Positions 50,620-60,252 of a stretch of 64,000 nt of DNA are shown here, piece by piece. The position numbers were made by a program, and so were the translations under genes. Source of the DNA: an uncultured Gemmatimonadaceae bacterium (GTDB lineage Bacteria; Gemmatimonadota; Gemmatimonadetes; Gemmatimonadales; Gemmatimonadaceae); contig CAWJMB010000002.1 in assembly GCA_963843845.1 (NCBI GenBank), forward strand, positions 2,144,001 through 2,208,000, written 5' to 3'. The notes under the pieces were generated by a model, which saw only the letters and a list, made by a program, of their open reading frames with translations, was not told the DNA's origin and did no database searches. The number at the start of each line of letters is the position of its first letter. Position 1 is the stretch's first letter.

Positions 50620-50782
50620 AGGGTGCGCTGCCGACGGAGCCGCGTCGCCGCGATCCTACCGGGTGCGGGAGCGCGTATCAGACGCGCGTGGAAAGCACGT
50701 AACTGCAACTGGCGCATGCACCTACGTCGTGCGCGCCACCCGCAAAGCTACGCGGCGGTCAGGGTCTCCGCAACGGCACCCG
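50620..50782 (-). ncRNA. ssrS: Probable 6S RNA
   Basis: Lies between zapA and rny (known ssrS synteny). Ends pair (GGGTGC/GCACCC, CGGAG/CTCCG, GCCGCGT/ACGCGGC) into a long rod with an internal bubble. Confidence 0.65.
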
Positions 50783-50788
50783 TGGCAG

Positions 50789-51142
50789 TCATCCGGCGCC
50801 GTCGGCGCGTTTCCCGGGCGGCAGCCAGCGGCGGACCTCGGCGCTGAGCTCGTCGATGGAGGCCGAGAGCGCCTCGGACTCGCCGCGCGTACGAAAGAGC
50901 TCGTCGGTGATCTGCAGCGCCGCCAGAATGGCGGCCTTGTGGGTCTCCACGACGTTCCCCGCCTTCATCACCTGCTGAATGACCGCGTCCACATGTTCGG
51001 CCACGCGGCGCGTGTGCGCCGGACTCGCCTCGGTCCGGATGACGTACTCGTCGCCGAGGATGGAGACCCGAACCGAATGACGCCGCTCGGACTCGGCGGA
51101 CGCCGCCTGCGCGGGGTTGCGCCCTTCGCCTCGCGCGCTCAT
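50789..51142 (-). CDS. zapA: Cell division protein ZapA
   Basis: VRVSILGDEYVIR, AAILAALQITDEL. Confidence 0.88.
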   Translation of the reverse strand: MSARGEGRNPAQAASAESERRHSVRVSILGDEYVIRTEASPAHTRRVAEHVDAVIQQVMKAGNVVETHKAAILAALQITDELFRTRGESEALSASIDELSAEVRRWLPPGKRADGAG

Positions 51143-51459
51143 TCCGCTCCTTCCTCCTGCTGCCGTAGAAAGCGCAGCCGCTCCGTCATCTGCTGCGTGC
51201 GCTGTGCGGCGCCGTCGATCCGCCGTCGAAGCTCGTCGTTCTCGCGCTCCAGCTCTCCCAGTCGCGTGACGAGCGCCTCGCGCGACGGCGGCGCGTCCGT
51301 GCCCGTCGGCCCGGCGTGCTCGCCGGCCTCGCGCCAGCGCCGCTCCGCCTCGAGCGCGCGCCGCCGGAAGAACGCGAGCTCCTCGCCGAGGTGGCGAACG
51401 AGGCGTTCGAGCTCGGCGAACGCCGCCTCAGGCCGACCGCTGCCTGACACCGAGCTCAC
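51139..51459 (-). CDS. Coiled-coil protein (ZapB-like)
   Basis: Heptad pattern (LERENDELRRRI); sits between pheT and zapA. Confidence 0.65.
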   Translation of the reverse strand: MSSVSGSGRPEAAFAELERLVRHLGEELAFFRRRALEAERRWREAGEHAGPTGTDAPPSREALVTRLGELERENDELRRRIDGAAQRTQQMTERLRFLRQQEEGAE

Positions 51460-53941
51460 TCTCCAGTGCGCGCAGCAGCCGCTGCCGCCGCCCGTCGATT
51501 TCCTTGTCGCGCAGGGTGCGCTGTGGATCGCGGAGCGTCAGTCGCCACGCGAGGCTGCGCGTCTCGCCCGGAAGGGCACTCGCAGTCGAGGCGGCACCGC
51601 CGTCGAACACGTCGAACAGCTCGAGCCGCTCGAGGAGCTCACCGGCCGCGGCGCGGATGACGCGCGCGACGTGGTCCGCGCTGACGGCGCTGGGCACGAG
51701 CAGCGCGAGGTCGAAGCTCACCGCCGGTGTCGTCGGGAGCGTGCGATACTGCACGTCCGGCGGTCGAGTCGTCGATGTCGAGCGTCCCCACGCATTGGCG
51801 CCCTGCGCCGCGACCGGTGCCGACGCGTAGGTCGCGATCTCCAACTCCACCCCGTACGGCTGCGACGCCCACGGCGGAAGATCGAGTCGCAGTGCCCTGA
51901 CCTCGCCGCGAGCCACCCCGTCGACGAGAATCCGCCAGAGCAGCTCCTCCTCGCCGACCGGCGCGCAGGCGACGCGCGCTCCCGGAAACGCCGCGACGCC
52001 GACCAGCTCGCCGAGCGCTTTCGCGTCCCAGAGGTCGTACGGTGGCGGATCGGCTTCCGTGAAGTGAGGCGGCCGGCGCGCGCCCATGACGAGCGCGCCG
52101 ACGTGCAGTCGCTCGACCGGCAGCGCGATCGCGGTGACCGGCGGCGCGCCCGCGTCGGGTGGCGTCTCGACGGCCCCGCCGGCCGAACCGCGGGCCTGCG
52201 GAATGAACACGTTGCCGATCTCGAACAGACGGAGATCGCCCTGCATGCGCGCCAGATTGTGCTCGGCGCGTCGGGCGAGCGACTCGAGCACGGCGCGGCG
52301 CAGATGCGGCTCGTCCTCGCCTAACGGATTCACGACGCGGGCGTGCGTCTCGTCGCTCCCGGCGACGAACGGCATCGGCCGCGCCTCGAGCAGCCCGGCG
52401 CCGACGAGCGTGCGCCTGACGCGTTCGGACGCGACGAACAACGGATCATCCGGCGCGCTTCCCGGACGGAACGGGCGCAGATCGCCGGGGAGCGCGTCGA
52501 ACCCGACGAGGCGCGCGATGTCTTCGACGAGGTCGACGTCGCGATCGACATCGTGGCGCCACGACGGCGGCGCGACCGACCACATCTCGTCGTTCTCCGG
52601 CACGATCGTGAAGCCGATGGCGCGCAACAGCCGCTCGACGTGCGCCGGCTCGATCGCGGTGCCCAACACCTGAGCCAGTCGCGCGCGACGAAGCATCACG
52701 GGCGGAAGCGCACCAGGCGCCGAGCCGACGTCGATCAACCCGTTCACCGTCCCGCCGGCGACCGAGACGACGAGCGACGCGCCGAGGCGCGCCAGCTCGA
52801 GTGTCGCTCCGCGGTCGACGCCACGCTCGAACCGGTAGCTCGCGTCGGTCGATACACCGGCCCGGATGCGCGACGCGCGCGCGCGGCGGGGCTCGAAATA
52901 CGCGACCTCGAGCAGCACGTCGGTCGTCGCCGGCGTGACCTCCGATCCCTTCCCGCCGATCACGCCGGCCACGGCCTCGGCGCGCGCTGCGCCGGCGATG
53001 ACGAGCGCGTCGTCCGAGAGCGTCCGTTCGACGCCGTCGAGCGTCGTCAGCGTCTCGCCGTCGCGCGCGCTCCGCACGACGACCTGGTCGCCGAGCGCGC
53101 GCAGGTCGAACGCGTGCATCGGCTGGCCGAGCCCGAGCAGACAGTAGTTCGTGGCGTCGACGACGTTGTTGATCGAGCGCGCGCCGACCGCCGCCAGCCG
53201 ATCGACGAGCCACTGAGGGCTCGGTCCGACGCGCACGCCGCGGATGATGGCGGCGCAGTAGCGTGGGCACCCCGCAGCGTCGTCGACGCGCACGTGCACG
53301 CCGTCCGCACTCGCCTCCGTCATCCCCCACTCGGCCTCGGGCGTCGGAACGCTCTCGCGCAGCTCGCTCGGCGTGCCTAACGGAACGCCGGTCAGCGCCG
53401 AGACCTCGCGCGCCAGGCCGCGCTGCGAGAGCAGGTCGGGTCGGTTCGCGAGCACGTCGAGCTCGAGCCGGACGTCGCCGGCTGCCACGACGTCGAGCAG
53501 CGCGGTCCCCGGCGGCGCACTGGTGTCCAGCCGCAGGATCCCGTCGTGGTCCGTGCCGAGCCCGAGCTCCATCGCCGAGCAGAGCATACCGGCGGAGGTG
53601 AAGCCGCGGATCTTGCGACGTTCAATGACGAGATTGTCCTTCCCCGGGATCGCCGTCCCGACGCGCGCCACCGGGTACTTCTCGCCGACGACGACGTTCG
53701 GGGCGCCGCAGACGATCTCGAGCAGCTGGCCGCTGCCGTCGTCGACCCGATTGAACGACAGCCGCGTGTCCGGGATCGCCTCGCTGTGCACGACCTGCCC
53801 GACGACGAACGGCGCGAGCTCGGCGCGCAGCGGCTCGAGGCCGTCGAGCGTCGCGACGTGGGCGCTGAGCAGGGCGCCTAACGCCTGCGCGTCGAGGTCA
53901 TGCGGCACGAACGCACGGACCCACTCGTGGGATGCGATCAT
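51428..53941 (-). CDS. pheT: Phenylalanyl-tRNA synthetase beta subunit
   Basis: IVCGAPN, GMLCS, NRPDLLS, INNVVD, ASYRFERG, WRHDV; start ATG at 53941. Confidence 0.96.
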   Translation of the reverse strand: MIASHEWVRAFVPHDLDAQALGALLSAHVATLDGLEPLRAELAPFVVGQVVHSEAIPDTRLSFNRVDDGSGQLLEIVCGAPNVVVGEKYPVARVGTAIPGKDNLVIERRKIRGFTSAGMLCSAMELGLGTDHDGILRLDTSAPPGTALLDVVAAGDVRLELDVLANRPDLLSQRGLAREVSALTGVPLGTPSELRESVPTPEAEWGMTEASADGVHVRVDDAAGCPRYCAAIIRGVRVGPSPQWLVDRLAAVGARSINNVVDATNYCLLGLGQPMHAFDLRALGDQVVVRSARDGETLTTLDGVERTLSDDALVIAGAARAEAVAGVIGGKGSEVTPATTDVLLEVAYFEPRRARASRIRAGVSTDASYRFERGVDRGATLELARLGASLVVSVAGGTVNGLIDVGSAPGALPPVMLRRARLAQVLGTAIEPAHVERLLRAIGFTIVPENDEMWSVAPPSWRHDVDRDVDLVEDIARLVGFDALPGDLRPFRPGSAPDDPLFVASERVRRTLVGAGLLEARPMPFVAGSDETHARVVNPLGEDEPHLRRAVLESLARRAEHNLARMQGDLRLFEIGNVFIPQARGSAGGAVETPPDAGAPPVTAIALPVERLHVGALVMGARRPPHFTEADPPPYDLWDAKALGELVGVAAFPGARVACAPVGEEELLWRILVDGVARGEVRALRLDLPPWASQPYGVELEIATYASAPVAAQGANAWGRSTSTTRPPDVQYRTLPTTPAVSFDLALLVPSAVSADHVARVIRAAAGELLERLELFDVFDGGAASTASALPGETRSLAWRLTLRDPQRTLRDKEIDGRRQRLLRALESELGVRQRSA

Positions 53942-54980
53942 CCGTCGCCCACCCTCGCGACCGGTGACGCGAACTGCTGAAGAAACCGCACGTCGGAATC
54001 GTAGAGAAGGCGGATGTCGGGAATGCCGTACCGGGCGAGCGCCATGCGCGCCGGTCCCATGCCGAATGCCCACCCCGTGTAGCGCTCGGCGTCGATGCCG
54101 GCCGCTTCGAGCACGGCAGGGTGCACGACCCCGGATCCGAGGATCTCGACCCAGCGCACCCCGCGCCCGTCGTTCAGGTCGACCTCGACGTCCATCTGCG
54201 CCGACGGCTCGGTGAAGGGAAAGTACGACGGCCCGAAGCGCACGCGTCGTACCCCGCCGAAGAAGCGGCGCGCGAACTCGGCGAGCGTCGCCTTCAGGTC
54301 GACGAACGAGATCCCTTCGTCGACGGCGAGCCCTTCGATCTGCATGAACATCGGCGCGTGCGTCACGTCGAAGAAGTCGCGACGGTACACGTTCCCCGGG
54401 ATCAGCACGCGCGCCGGCGGCGGGTACGCTGCAGCGTGCGAACCTGCACCGGCGACGTGTGCGTCCGGAGCAGCGTGTCGTCGCCGAGGTACAGGGTGTC
54501 GTGCATCTCCATCGCCGGGTGGTCCGGCGGGAAGTTCAGCGCGCCGAAGTTGTACCAGGCCAGCTCCGCCTCGGGACCCAGCGCGATCGAGAAGCCGAGC
54601 TCGCGGAAGATCGCGACGATCTCGTCGACGACGAGGGTGACCGGGTGCCGTCCGCCGTGCCAGCTCTCGCGCGCGGGCATGGTCAGGTCGATCGGGCGCC
54701 GCTCGCGCGACGACTCCGCGAGCCGCTGGCGCTCGACGAACGCGTCGAGCGCCTCGCCGATGCGCTGCTTGAGCTGGTTGAACGCCACGCCGGCCGTGCG
54801 TCGGTCGTCCGGCGGGAGCGTGCGCAACTCGCCTTGCAGCGCCGCGAGCCGCGCGTCCTTCACGGCGTTCAGCCGGCCCTTGATCGCGTCGAGCCGCTCG
54901 GTCGGGTCGGCGTCGGCGAGGAGCGCGCGGGCGTCGCGCTCGAGCTGCGCGGCCTGGTCGAGATACTCGGAGATCGTCAC
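53938..54980 (-). CDS. pheS: Phenylalanyl-tRNA synthetase alpha subunit; 1-nt frameshift at about 54427, probably a sequencing error
   Basis: HPAMEMHDT, LLRTHTSPVQ in one frame; PGNVYRRD, FPFTEPS, GWAFGMG in the next. Confidence 0.94.
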
Positions 54981-55080
54981 GGAAACACGCAGGGGAGAAC
55001 GCGCCACGCGGAACGCACGAGCGCGGCGGCAGCGGACCGGTAAGGTCGCACTGCCGCCGCGCGGAAGGAAGCGAGTGCGA

Positions 55081-55467
55081 TTACGCCGCCGTCGACGTCT
55101 GCGCGGCCGCGCCATCGCGCGCCGTGCGAACCTGGTTCGCGATCGCCTCGAAGGCCTGCGGATCGCGCACGGCGATGTCCGCGAGCACCTTGCGGTCGAT
55201 CTCGATGCCGGCCGTCTTGAGCCCCGCGATGAACGTGCTGTAGTTCATGCCGTGCTGGTTCGCGGCCGCATTGATGCGGACGATCCAGAGGCGGCGGAAC
55301 TCGCGCTTCTTGTTCTTGCGGTCGCGGTAGGCGTAGCGCCAGCCGCGCTCGACGGTCTCCTTCGCCGCCTTCCAGAGCTTGGACCTGCCGCCGTAGGCGC
55401 CCTTGGCGGCTTCCATCACCTGCTTCTTACGCTTCAGGCGCGTGACGTTCGAGCGTGCGCGAGGCAT
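55081..55467 (-). CDS. rplT: 50S ribosomal protein L20
   Basis: [24 protein letters not shown]. Confidence 0.97.
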   Translation of the reverse strand: MPRARSNVTRLKRKKQVMEAAKGAYGGRSKLWKAAKETVERGWRYAYRDRKNKKREFRRLWIVRINAAANQHGMNYSTFIAGLKTAGIEIDRKVLADIAVRDPQAFEAIANQVRTARDGAAAQTSTAA

Positions 55468-55482
55468 AGTCGATTCTCCCGG

Positions 55483-55680
55483 TTATGCCTGAATCAGGCG
55501 CTTGAGGACCTTGGCCTCGCCGTTCGTCCCCACGGTGGTGTTGCGGCGCAGATTGCGCTTCCGCTTGGCCGACTTCTTCGTGAGGATGTGGCTCTTGTAG
55601 GCCTTCGCGCGCTTCACCTTCCCGGTCCCGGTGACCGAGAAGCGCTTCGCGGCGCCCTTGTGTGTCTTCATCTTCGGCAT
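55483..55680 (-). CDS. rpmI: 50S ribosomal protein L35
   Basis: [20 protein letters not shown]. Confidence 0.97.
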   Translation of the reverse strand: MPKMKTHKGAAKRFSVTGTGKVKRAKAYKSHILTKKSAKRKRNLRRNTTVGTNGEAKVLKRLIQA

Positions 55681-55696
55681 GCGTATCCTGCTCCCG

Positions 55697-56215
55697 TTAA
55701 GCCTTCGGGGTGAGGATCATGGTCATCGCCTTCCCTTCCAGCCGCGCGTCCGCCTCGATCTTCGCGAGATCGGCGAGCTCGGTGGCGACGCGATCGACGA
55801 CCTGGCGCCCCAGCTCGGGGTGCGAGATCTGCCGGCCGCGGAACATCAGCGTGACCTTGACCTTGTTGCCTTCCTCGAGGAACCGTCGCGCGTGCCGCGT
55901 CTTCGTCGTGAAGTCGTGCTCGTCGATGCCAGGGCGGAACTTCACTTCCTTGAGCTGGATGACGTGCTGCTTCTTCTTCGCCTGCCGCGCCTGCTTCGCC
56001 GCCTCGAACTTGAACTTCCCGTAGTCCATGATGCGGGCCACGGGCGGGCGTGCCATCGGGGCGACCTCGACGAGGTCGAGCCCCGCCTCTTCGGCGATGG
56101 CCAGTGCGCGATCGACTTCGAGAATGCCGAACTGACTTCCGTCGGCACCGATGACGCGGATCGGGCTGATCCGGATCTGTCGGTTGACGCGGACGCGCTT
56201 CGTCGTGTCCTGAAT
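55697..56215 (-). CDS. infC: Translation initiation factor IF-3 with AUU start codon
   Basis: GAGG RBS then [27 protein letters not shown]...GLDLVEVAP is in frame with MDYGKFKFE and KEVKFRP. Confidence 0.93.
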   Translation of the reverse strand: MQDTTKRVRVNRQIRISPIRVIGADGSQFGILEVDRALAIAEEAGLDLVEVAPMARPPVARIMDYGKFKFEAAKQARQAKKKQHVIQLKEVKFRPGIDEHDFTTKTRHARRFLEEGNKVKVTLMFRGRQISHPELGRQVVDRVATELADLAKIEADARLEGKAMTMILTPKA

Positions 56216-56408
56216 TGGTCCGGTTCCTCGAAAAGGAGAAAGAAAAATGCGCGACCTCCGCTGAGAGTCCGCGCACGCACGCCGGCGCGCCGCCGAGGGT
56301 CACCCCCGGGCACGCATCGACTTCGGGACTCCTGCAGCACCTGCGCACCGAGAGCACGCGCGAGGGCCAGAGGGTGGGGGCGTCGCCGCCCCGCTTCGCT
56401 GGTTGTGA
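56216..56408 (-). promoter_or_regulatory. Long structured infC leader with terminator-like hairpin (possible L20 leader)
   Basis: TGCGCGGACTCTC...GAGGTCGCGCA followed by TTTTTCTTT just before the infC RBS. Confidence 0.5.
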
Positions 56409-56414
56409 GGCGGA

Positions 56415-56443
56415 AAGCTAAGGAACGCAACGGGATACGTCAA
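56415..56443 (-). promoter_or_regulatory. Sigma70 promoter of infC-rpmI-rplT
   Basis: Minus strand TTGACG-17 bp-TAGCTT. Confidence 0.7.
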
Positions 56444-56450
56444 CGGCCCG

Positions 56451-57395
56451 TCAGATCGCGATCGCCTTCGCCTGCGCCGCTGGTCCGGTCCCGGGCTGGT
56501 GCTCGGCATCCGCGCCGAGCACGCTGGCGAGGCCATACGCCTTGCCGTCGTGCGCGATCCGGTCCCACGCGACCGTCGCGTCGTGCTCGAAGATCGCGAG
56601 CCACCCCGCTTCCCGGGCGCGCCGCAGCAGCCACCGCTTGCTCTCGAGCGTGACGAGCGGCTCGACGTCGTATCCCATGACCCACGGCAGGGGCAGATGC
56701 GCGCTCGTCGGCACCACGTCGCCGAGGAAGCACGCCACCTCGCCCTCGCTCTCGATGAGGACGCTCTGGTGAAACGGAGTGTGGCCCGGCGTCGGAAGGG
56801 TCACGATCCCCGGCAGTAGCTCGACCTCGCCGACGACCTCGTCGACGAGTCCCATGTCGACGAGCGGCTGGAAGTTGGCTGGGAGGTAGCTCGCGGCCGT
56901 TCGCTCATTCGTCGCGGTCGCGTAGTGCAGCTCGCCGTTCTGCACGACGTAGCGCGCGTTCGGGAAGCTCGGCTTGACCGCGCCGTCTTCGTCGCGGAAC
57001 GTGTTGCCGCCCGCGTGATCGAAGTGCAGGTGCGTGTTCACCACGAGGTTCACGTCTTTCGGGCGCACGCCCAACGTCGCGAGTGCGTCCTCGAGCATCG
57101 TCCGTCCGTTCGCGCCGCCGTTCTCGATGCCGTAGATGTCGTGGAACTTCGCGCTGTCCTTGTTCCCCGCCCCGGTGTCGATCAGCACGAGACCGCGCGG
57201 GTGCTCGACGAGCAGGCAGCGCATGCCGAGCTGGATCCGGTTGCGCTCGTCGGCGGGAATGCGACGCTCCCAGAGGGGCTTCGGCACGACGCCGAACATC
57301 GCCCCGCCGTCGAGGCGCTGCCCGCCGGCCTGCAACGCGTGGAGCGTGATGCCGCCGAGCGTGCGCGACTCGACGAGCGGGTGCGGTGCGGTCAT
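56451..57395 (-). CDS. MBL-fold metallohydrolase (YtnP-like)
   Basis: LDGGAMFGVVPKPLW, THLHFDHAGG, GHTPFHQ, WVMGYD. Confidence 0.9.
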   Translation of the reverse strand: MTAPHPLVESRTLGGITLHALQAGGQRLDGGAMFGVVPKPLWERRIPADERNRIQLGMRCLLVEHPRGLVLIDTGAGNKDSAKFHDIYGIENGGANGRTMLEDALATLGVRPKDVNLVVNTHLHFDHAGGNTFRDEDGAVKPSFPNARYVVQNGELHYATATNERTAASYLPANFQPLVDMGLVDEVVGEVELLPGIVTLPTPGHTPFHQSVLIESEGEVACFLGDVVPTSAHLPLPWVMGYDVEPLVTLESKRWLLRRAREAGWLAIFEHDATVAWDRIAHDGKAYGLASVLGADAEHQPGTGPAAQAKAIAI

Positions 57396-57460
57396 GGTCG
57401 GTGTGATGACGGAGCGTGACGGACGCGAAGGGCGGACGTACGGTGGGCGACGGGCGAACG

Positions 57461-58561
57461 TCAAGCGGTCGTGTCGCTGCGGACCGGCGCCGGCAACGCC
57501 GCGCGGCGACGGCGCCGCGCCGCCGCGGTTCCCCCGGCGAGCCACAGATCCATCTCGCCCCACGTGGAGATGCCGCGGTCGGCGGCGTCGCGAAGCAGTC
57601 GGACCAGGCAGTGCGCGGTCGCGACCGCGTCGCCGGCCGCCGAATGCCGCCACGGACGCGACGTGCCGTGCCGCGCCTCGAAGTACGTCTCCGCGAACGC
57701 GTCCGCGCCGTAGTGGTTCGCCACGTATCCGAGCGACCGGCTGCGAAGTTGCGGCAGCAGCTTCCGCGCGAGCCGCACCGTGCACAGCCGGCGCCCCTCG
57801 AGCTGCCGGCCGGCCGCGCGCTCGACCTCGGCGGACACGAACCGCCAGTCGAACATGACGTTGTGGGCCACGAACACGTGCCCGGCGAGTGTCGAGACGA
57901 CCTCCTGACAGACGTCGCGGAACGCCGGCTTGTCGCGCACCATCTCGGCGGTGATCCCCGTCAGGCGGATGATCTCGGGCGGTATGGGACGCTGCGGATT
58001 GACGAGCGTCTCGAACACGTCGCGTACCTCACCGCCCTGCACGACGACTGCGGCGATCTCGGTGACGCGGTGCCCGCGTGACGGCGTGCCGCCGGTCGTC
58101 TCGACGTCGACGACGACATACGACAGCGCGTCGAGTCGTTCATCGTCGCCAATCGCGGCACGCGACGGGACAACCGCCGCCGCCGCGCGCCCGTCCGCGC
58201 GCGCTCGCGGTTCCAGGGCGCCGGCCGCGTCGTCGGCGCGACGTGCCGCACGCCACTCCTCGAAGCTCGGCGCAGCCGAAGGCGTCAGTGGAGCGCCGAC
58301 CTCGCGGAGCGGCGCGGACCGCTCCGCGAGCGTCCAGCGGCCGTCGCTCAACTGCCGGAAGTCGCGAAACTCTCCGAGCAGCTCGACGGCGACGCGCTCG
58401 GCCAGCGGTGCGGGAAGCGTCGGCATCTGGCACACGCTCGCGACCAGCGTCGCCGAGGACGCTGGCCCGCCGGCGAGGAAGTCGCGCGCGCGCTCGACGA
58501 GCAACGAGTCGACCGGACGGCTGCTGACCCCGCGAGCGGAGGCGGGCACAGATGAGGACAT
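57461..58561 (-). CDS. DEDDh 3'-5' exonuclease (DnaQ/PolC-epsilon family) with extra N-terminal domain
   Basis: DVETTG, VAHNVMFD, HSAAGDA. Confidence 0.88.
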   Translation of the reverse strand: MSSSVPASARGVSSRPVDSLLVERARDFLAGGPASSATLVASVCQMPTLPAPLAERVAVELLGEFRDFRQLSDGRWTLAERSAPLREVGAPLTPSAAPSFEEWRAARRADDAAGALEPRARADGRAAAAVVPSRAAIGDDERLDALSYVVVDVETTGGTPSRGHRVTEIAAVVVQGGEVRDVFETLVNPQRPIPPEIIRLTGITAEMVRDKPAFRDVCQEVVSTLAGHVFVAHNVMFDWRFVSAEVERAAGRQLEGRRLCTVRLARKLLPQLRSRSLGYVANHYGADAFAETYFEARHGTSRPWRHSAAGDAVATAHCLVRLLRDAADRGISTWGEMDLWLAGGTAAARRRRRAALPAPVRSDTTA

Positions 58562-58704
58562 GACCTGCGGAATCGTCGAAGTCGGAGGTGCGGGCGGCGA
58601 GGGGCGAACGTACGCCCTCCCGTCACACGCGCGTCACGCGTGTCACACGGCGGCGATAGCCGAAGATAGCACGCGGCTACCTGCGTACCTTGGCGCCGGC
58701 TAAC

Positions 58705-58722
58705 TTGTGAAATCATTCACAA
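58705..58722. promoter_or_regulatory. Rex operator
   Basis: TTGTGAA-ATCA-TTCACAA, a perfect match to the established Rex box, 15 bp before rex. Confidence 0.9.
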
Positions 58723-58737
58723 GCCCGCGCCGCCTTC

Positions 58738-59362
58738 GTGAAGCACATCGCCGATTCGACCGTCCGCCGCCTCTCGATCTACCTGCGCTACCTGGAGGAG
58801 CTGACCGCGCGCGGCACGACCACGACGTCGAGCGACGAGCTGGCCGAGCACAGCGGAACGACGCCCGGCGCAGGTGCGGAAGGATCTGTCGTTCTTCGGC
58901 TCGTTCGGGAAGCGTGGGCTCGGCTACTCCGTATCGGAGCTGCTGACCGAGATTCGCGCGATCCTCGGGTTGGCTCGGCGGTGGAAGGTCGTGATCATCG
59001 GGGCCGGCAAGATCGGCAGCGCGCTCAGCGCGTACCGCGGGTTCGAGCAGCGCGGCTTCTCGGTCGTCGGCGTGTACGACAAGGATCCCGAGAAGATCGG
59101 GCGCCGGTGGGACGGCCATGTCGTGCGCGATGTCACGCGGCTCGAGGCGGACGCCGTCGACGACCCGCCGGACATCGCGGTGCTCGCGATCCCCGCGGAG
59201 GGGGTTCAGTCCGAAGTCGACCGGATCGTGCGGGCAGGGATCCGCGCCATCCTCAACTTCGCGCCTGGCCACCTGCACGTGCCGCGCGGCGTGACGCTGA
59301 AGACCGTCAACATGGCGATGGAGCTCGAGGGACTCTCGTTCGCGCTGACCAACCGCGACTGA
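58738..59362 (+). CDS. rex: Redox-sensing repressor Rex; 1-nt insertion at about 58866, probably a sequencing error
   Basis: IADSTVRRLSIYLRYL, then QVRKDLSFFGSFGKRGLGY, IIGAGKIG, ILNFAP. Confidence 0.93.
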
Positions 59363-59412
59363 GCCCGCCGTCGCGTCGGATCGAACGGTACCGTCGACCG
59401 GGGCGCCTCGGG

Positions 59413-60243
59413 CTAGGGGCGCGGCGCGCGCAGGGCGCGCACGACGGCCGCGAACGTCTCGGGCGATAGAGTCTCTGGTCGCGCCTCGGGCTCGACGCCA
59501 GCCGCCGCGAGCACGCGATCCGCATCTTCGACCGAGAGCGACGCGGCGGTGCGGAGGACGCGGCGCATCTGCTTCCGGCGGAGCGCGAACGCGGCCTGCA
59601 CGAAGGTTCGGAATCGCCGCTCCTCGTCGGGCGCGACCGCAGGGTCCGGCCGCGGCGTGATCCGGACGACGGCGGAGTCGACCTGCGGCGGCGGTACGAA
59701 TGCGCCCGGTGGCACACGAGCGATGAGCTCGGCCCGCGCCACCGCCTGGACGTTCACGGACAGCGCGCCGTACAGCTTCGAGCCTGGCGGCGCGGCGACC
59801 CGGTCGGCGACCTCACGCTGCACGAGATACACGGCGCGCGCGGGGCGCGGCGGCTCGAGCGCGTGGAAGAGGATGGGTGTCGTGATGTAGTACGGCACGT
59901 TCCCGGCGAGCACGTAGGACCCGGTCACGAGCGTGCCTAACGGCACGGCCAGCACATCCGCCTCGACGATGTGGACGTGCGGGCGGTCTGCGTAGCGTGC
60001 GCGGAGGTGCGCGGCGAGATCGCGGTCGATCTCGACGGCGACGAGGCGCGCCGCGCGCTGCACGAGCAGATCGGTCAGCGCGCCGCGCCCCGGCCCGATC
60101 TCGACGACCGTCTCGCGGCCGGTCAGCGCGAGTGCGGACACGATGCGCTCGAGCACCGACCGATCGCGCAGGAAGTGCTGTCCGAACCGTTTCCGTGGGC
60201 GAGGCAGTCCCCCTCGGTCGTCTGTACTGCGATCGTCGGTCAC
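59413..60243 (-). CDS. rsmA: 16S rRNA dimethyladenosine transferase
   Basis: KRFGQHFL, EIGPGRG, GNVPYYITTP, QREVADR, FALRRK. Confidence 0.95.
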   Translation of the reverse strand: MTDDRSTDDRGGLPRPRKRFGQHFLRDRSVLERIVSALALTGRETVVEIGPGRGALTDLLVQRAARLVAVEIDRDLAAHLRARYADRPHVHIVEADVLAVPLGTLVTGSYVLAGNVPYYITTPILFHALEPPRPARAVYLVQREVADRVAAPPGSKLYGALSVNVQAVARAELIARVPPGAFVPPPQVDSAVVRITPRPDPAVAPDEERRFRTFVQAAFALRRKQMRRVLRTAASLSVEDADRVLAAAGVEPEARPETLSPETFAAVVRALRAPRP

Positions 60244-60252
60244 CGGCCCCCG

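Noticed and set aside
129..52324. Long antisense or alternate-frame ORFs (for example 129..1568, 3631..6531, 23482..26253, 45507..47459, 50663..52324)
   Set aside because: Shadow ORFs of well-recognised genes. Stop codons are scarce at about 70% GC and the products are Arg/Ala-rich with no recognisable motifs.
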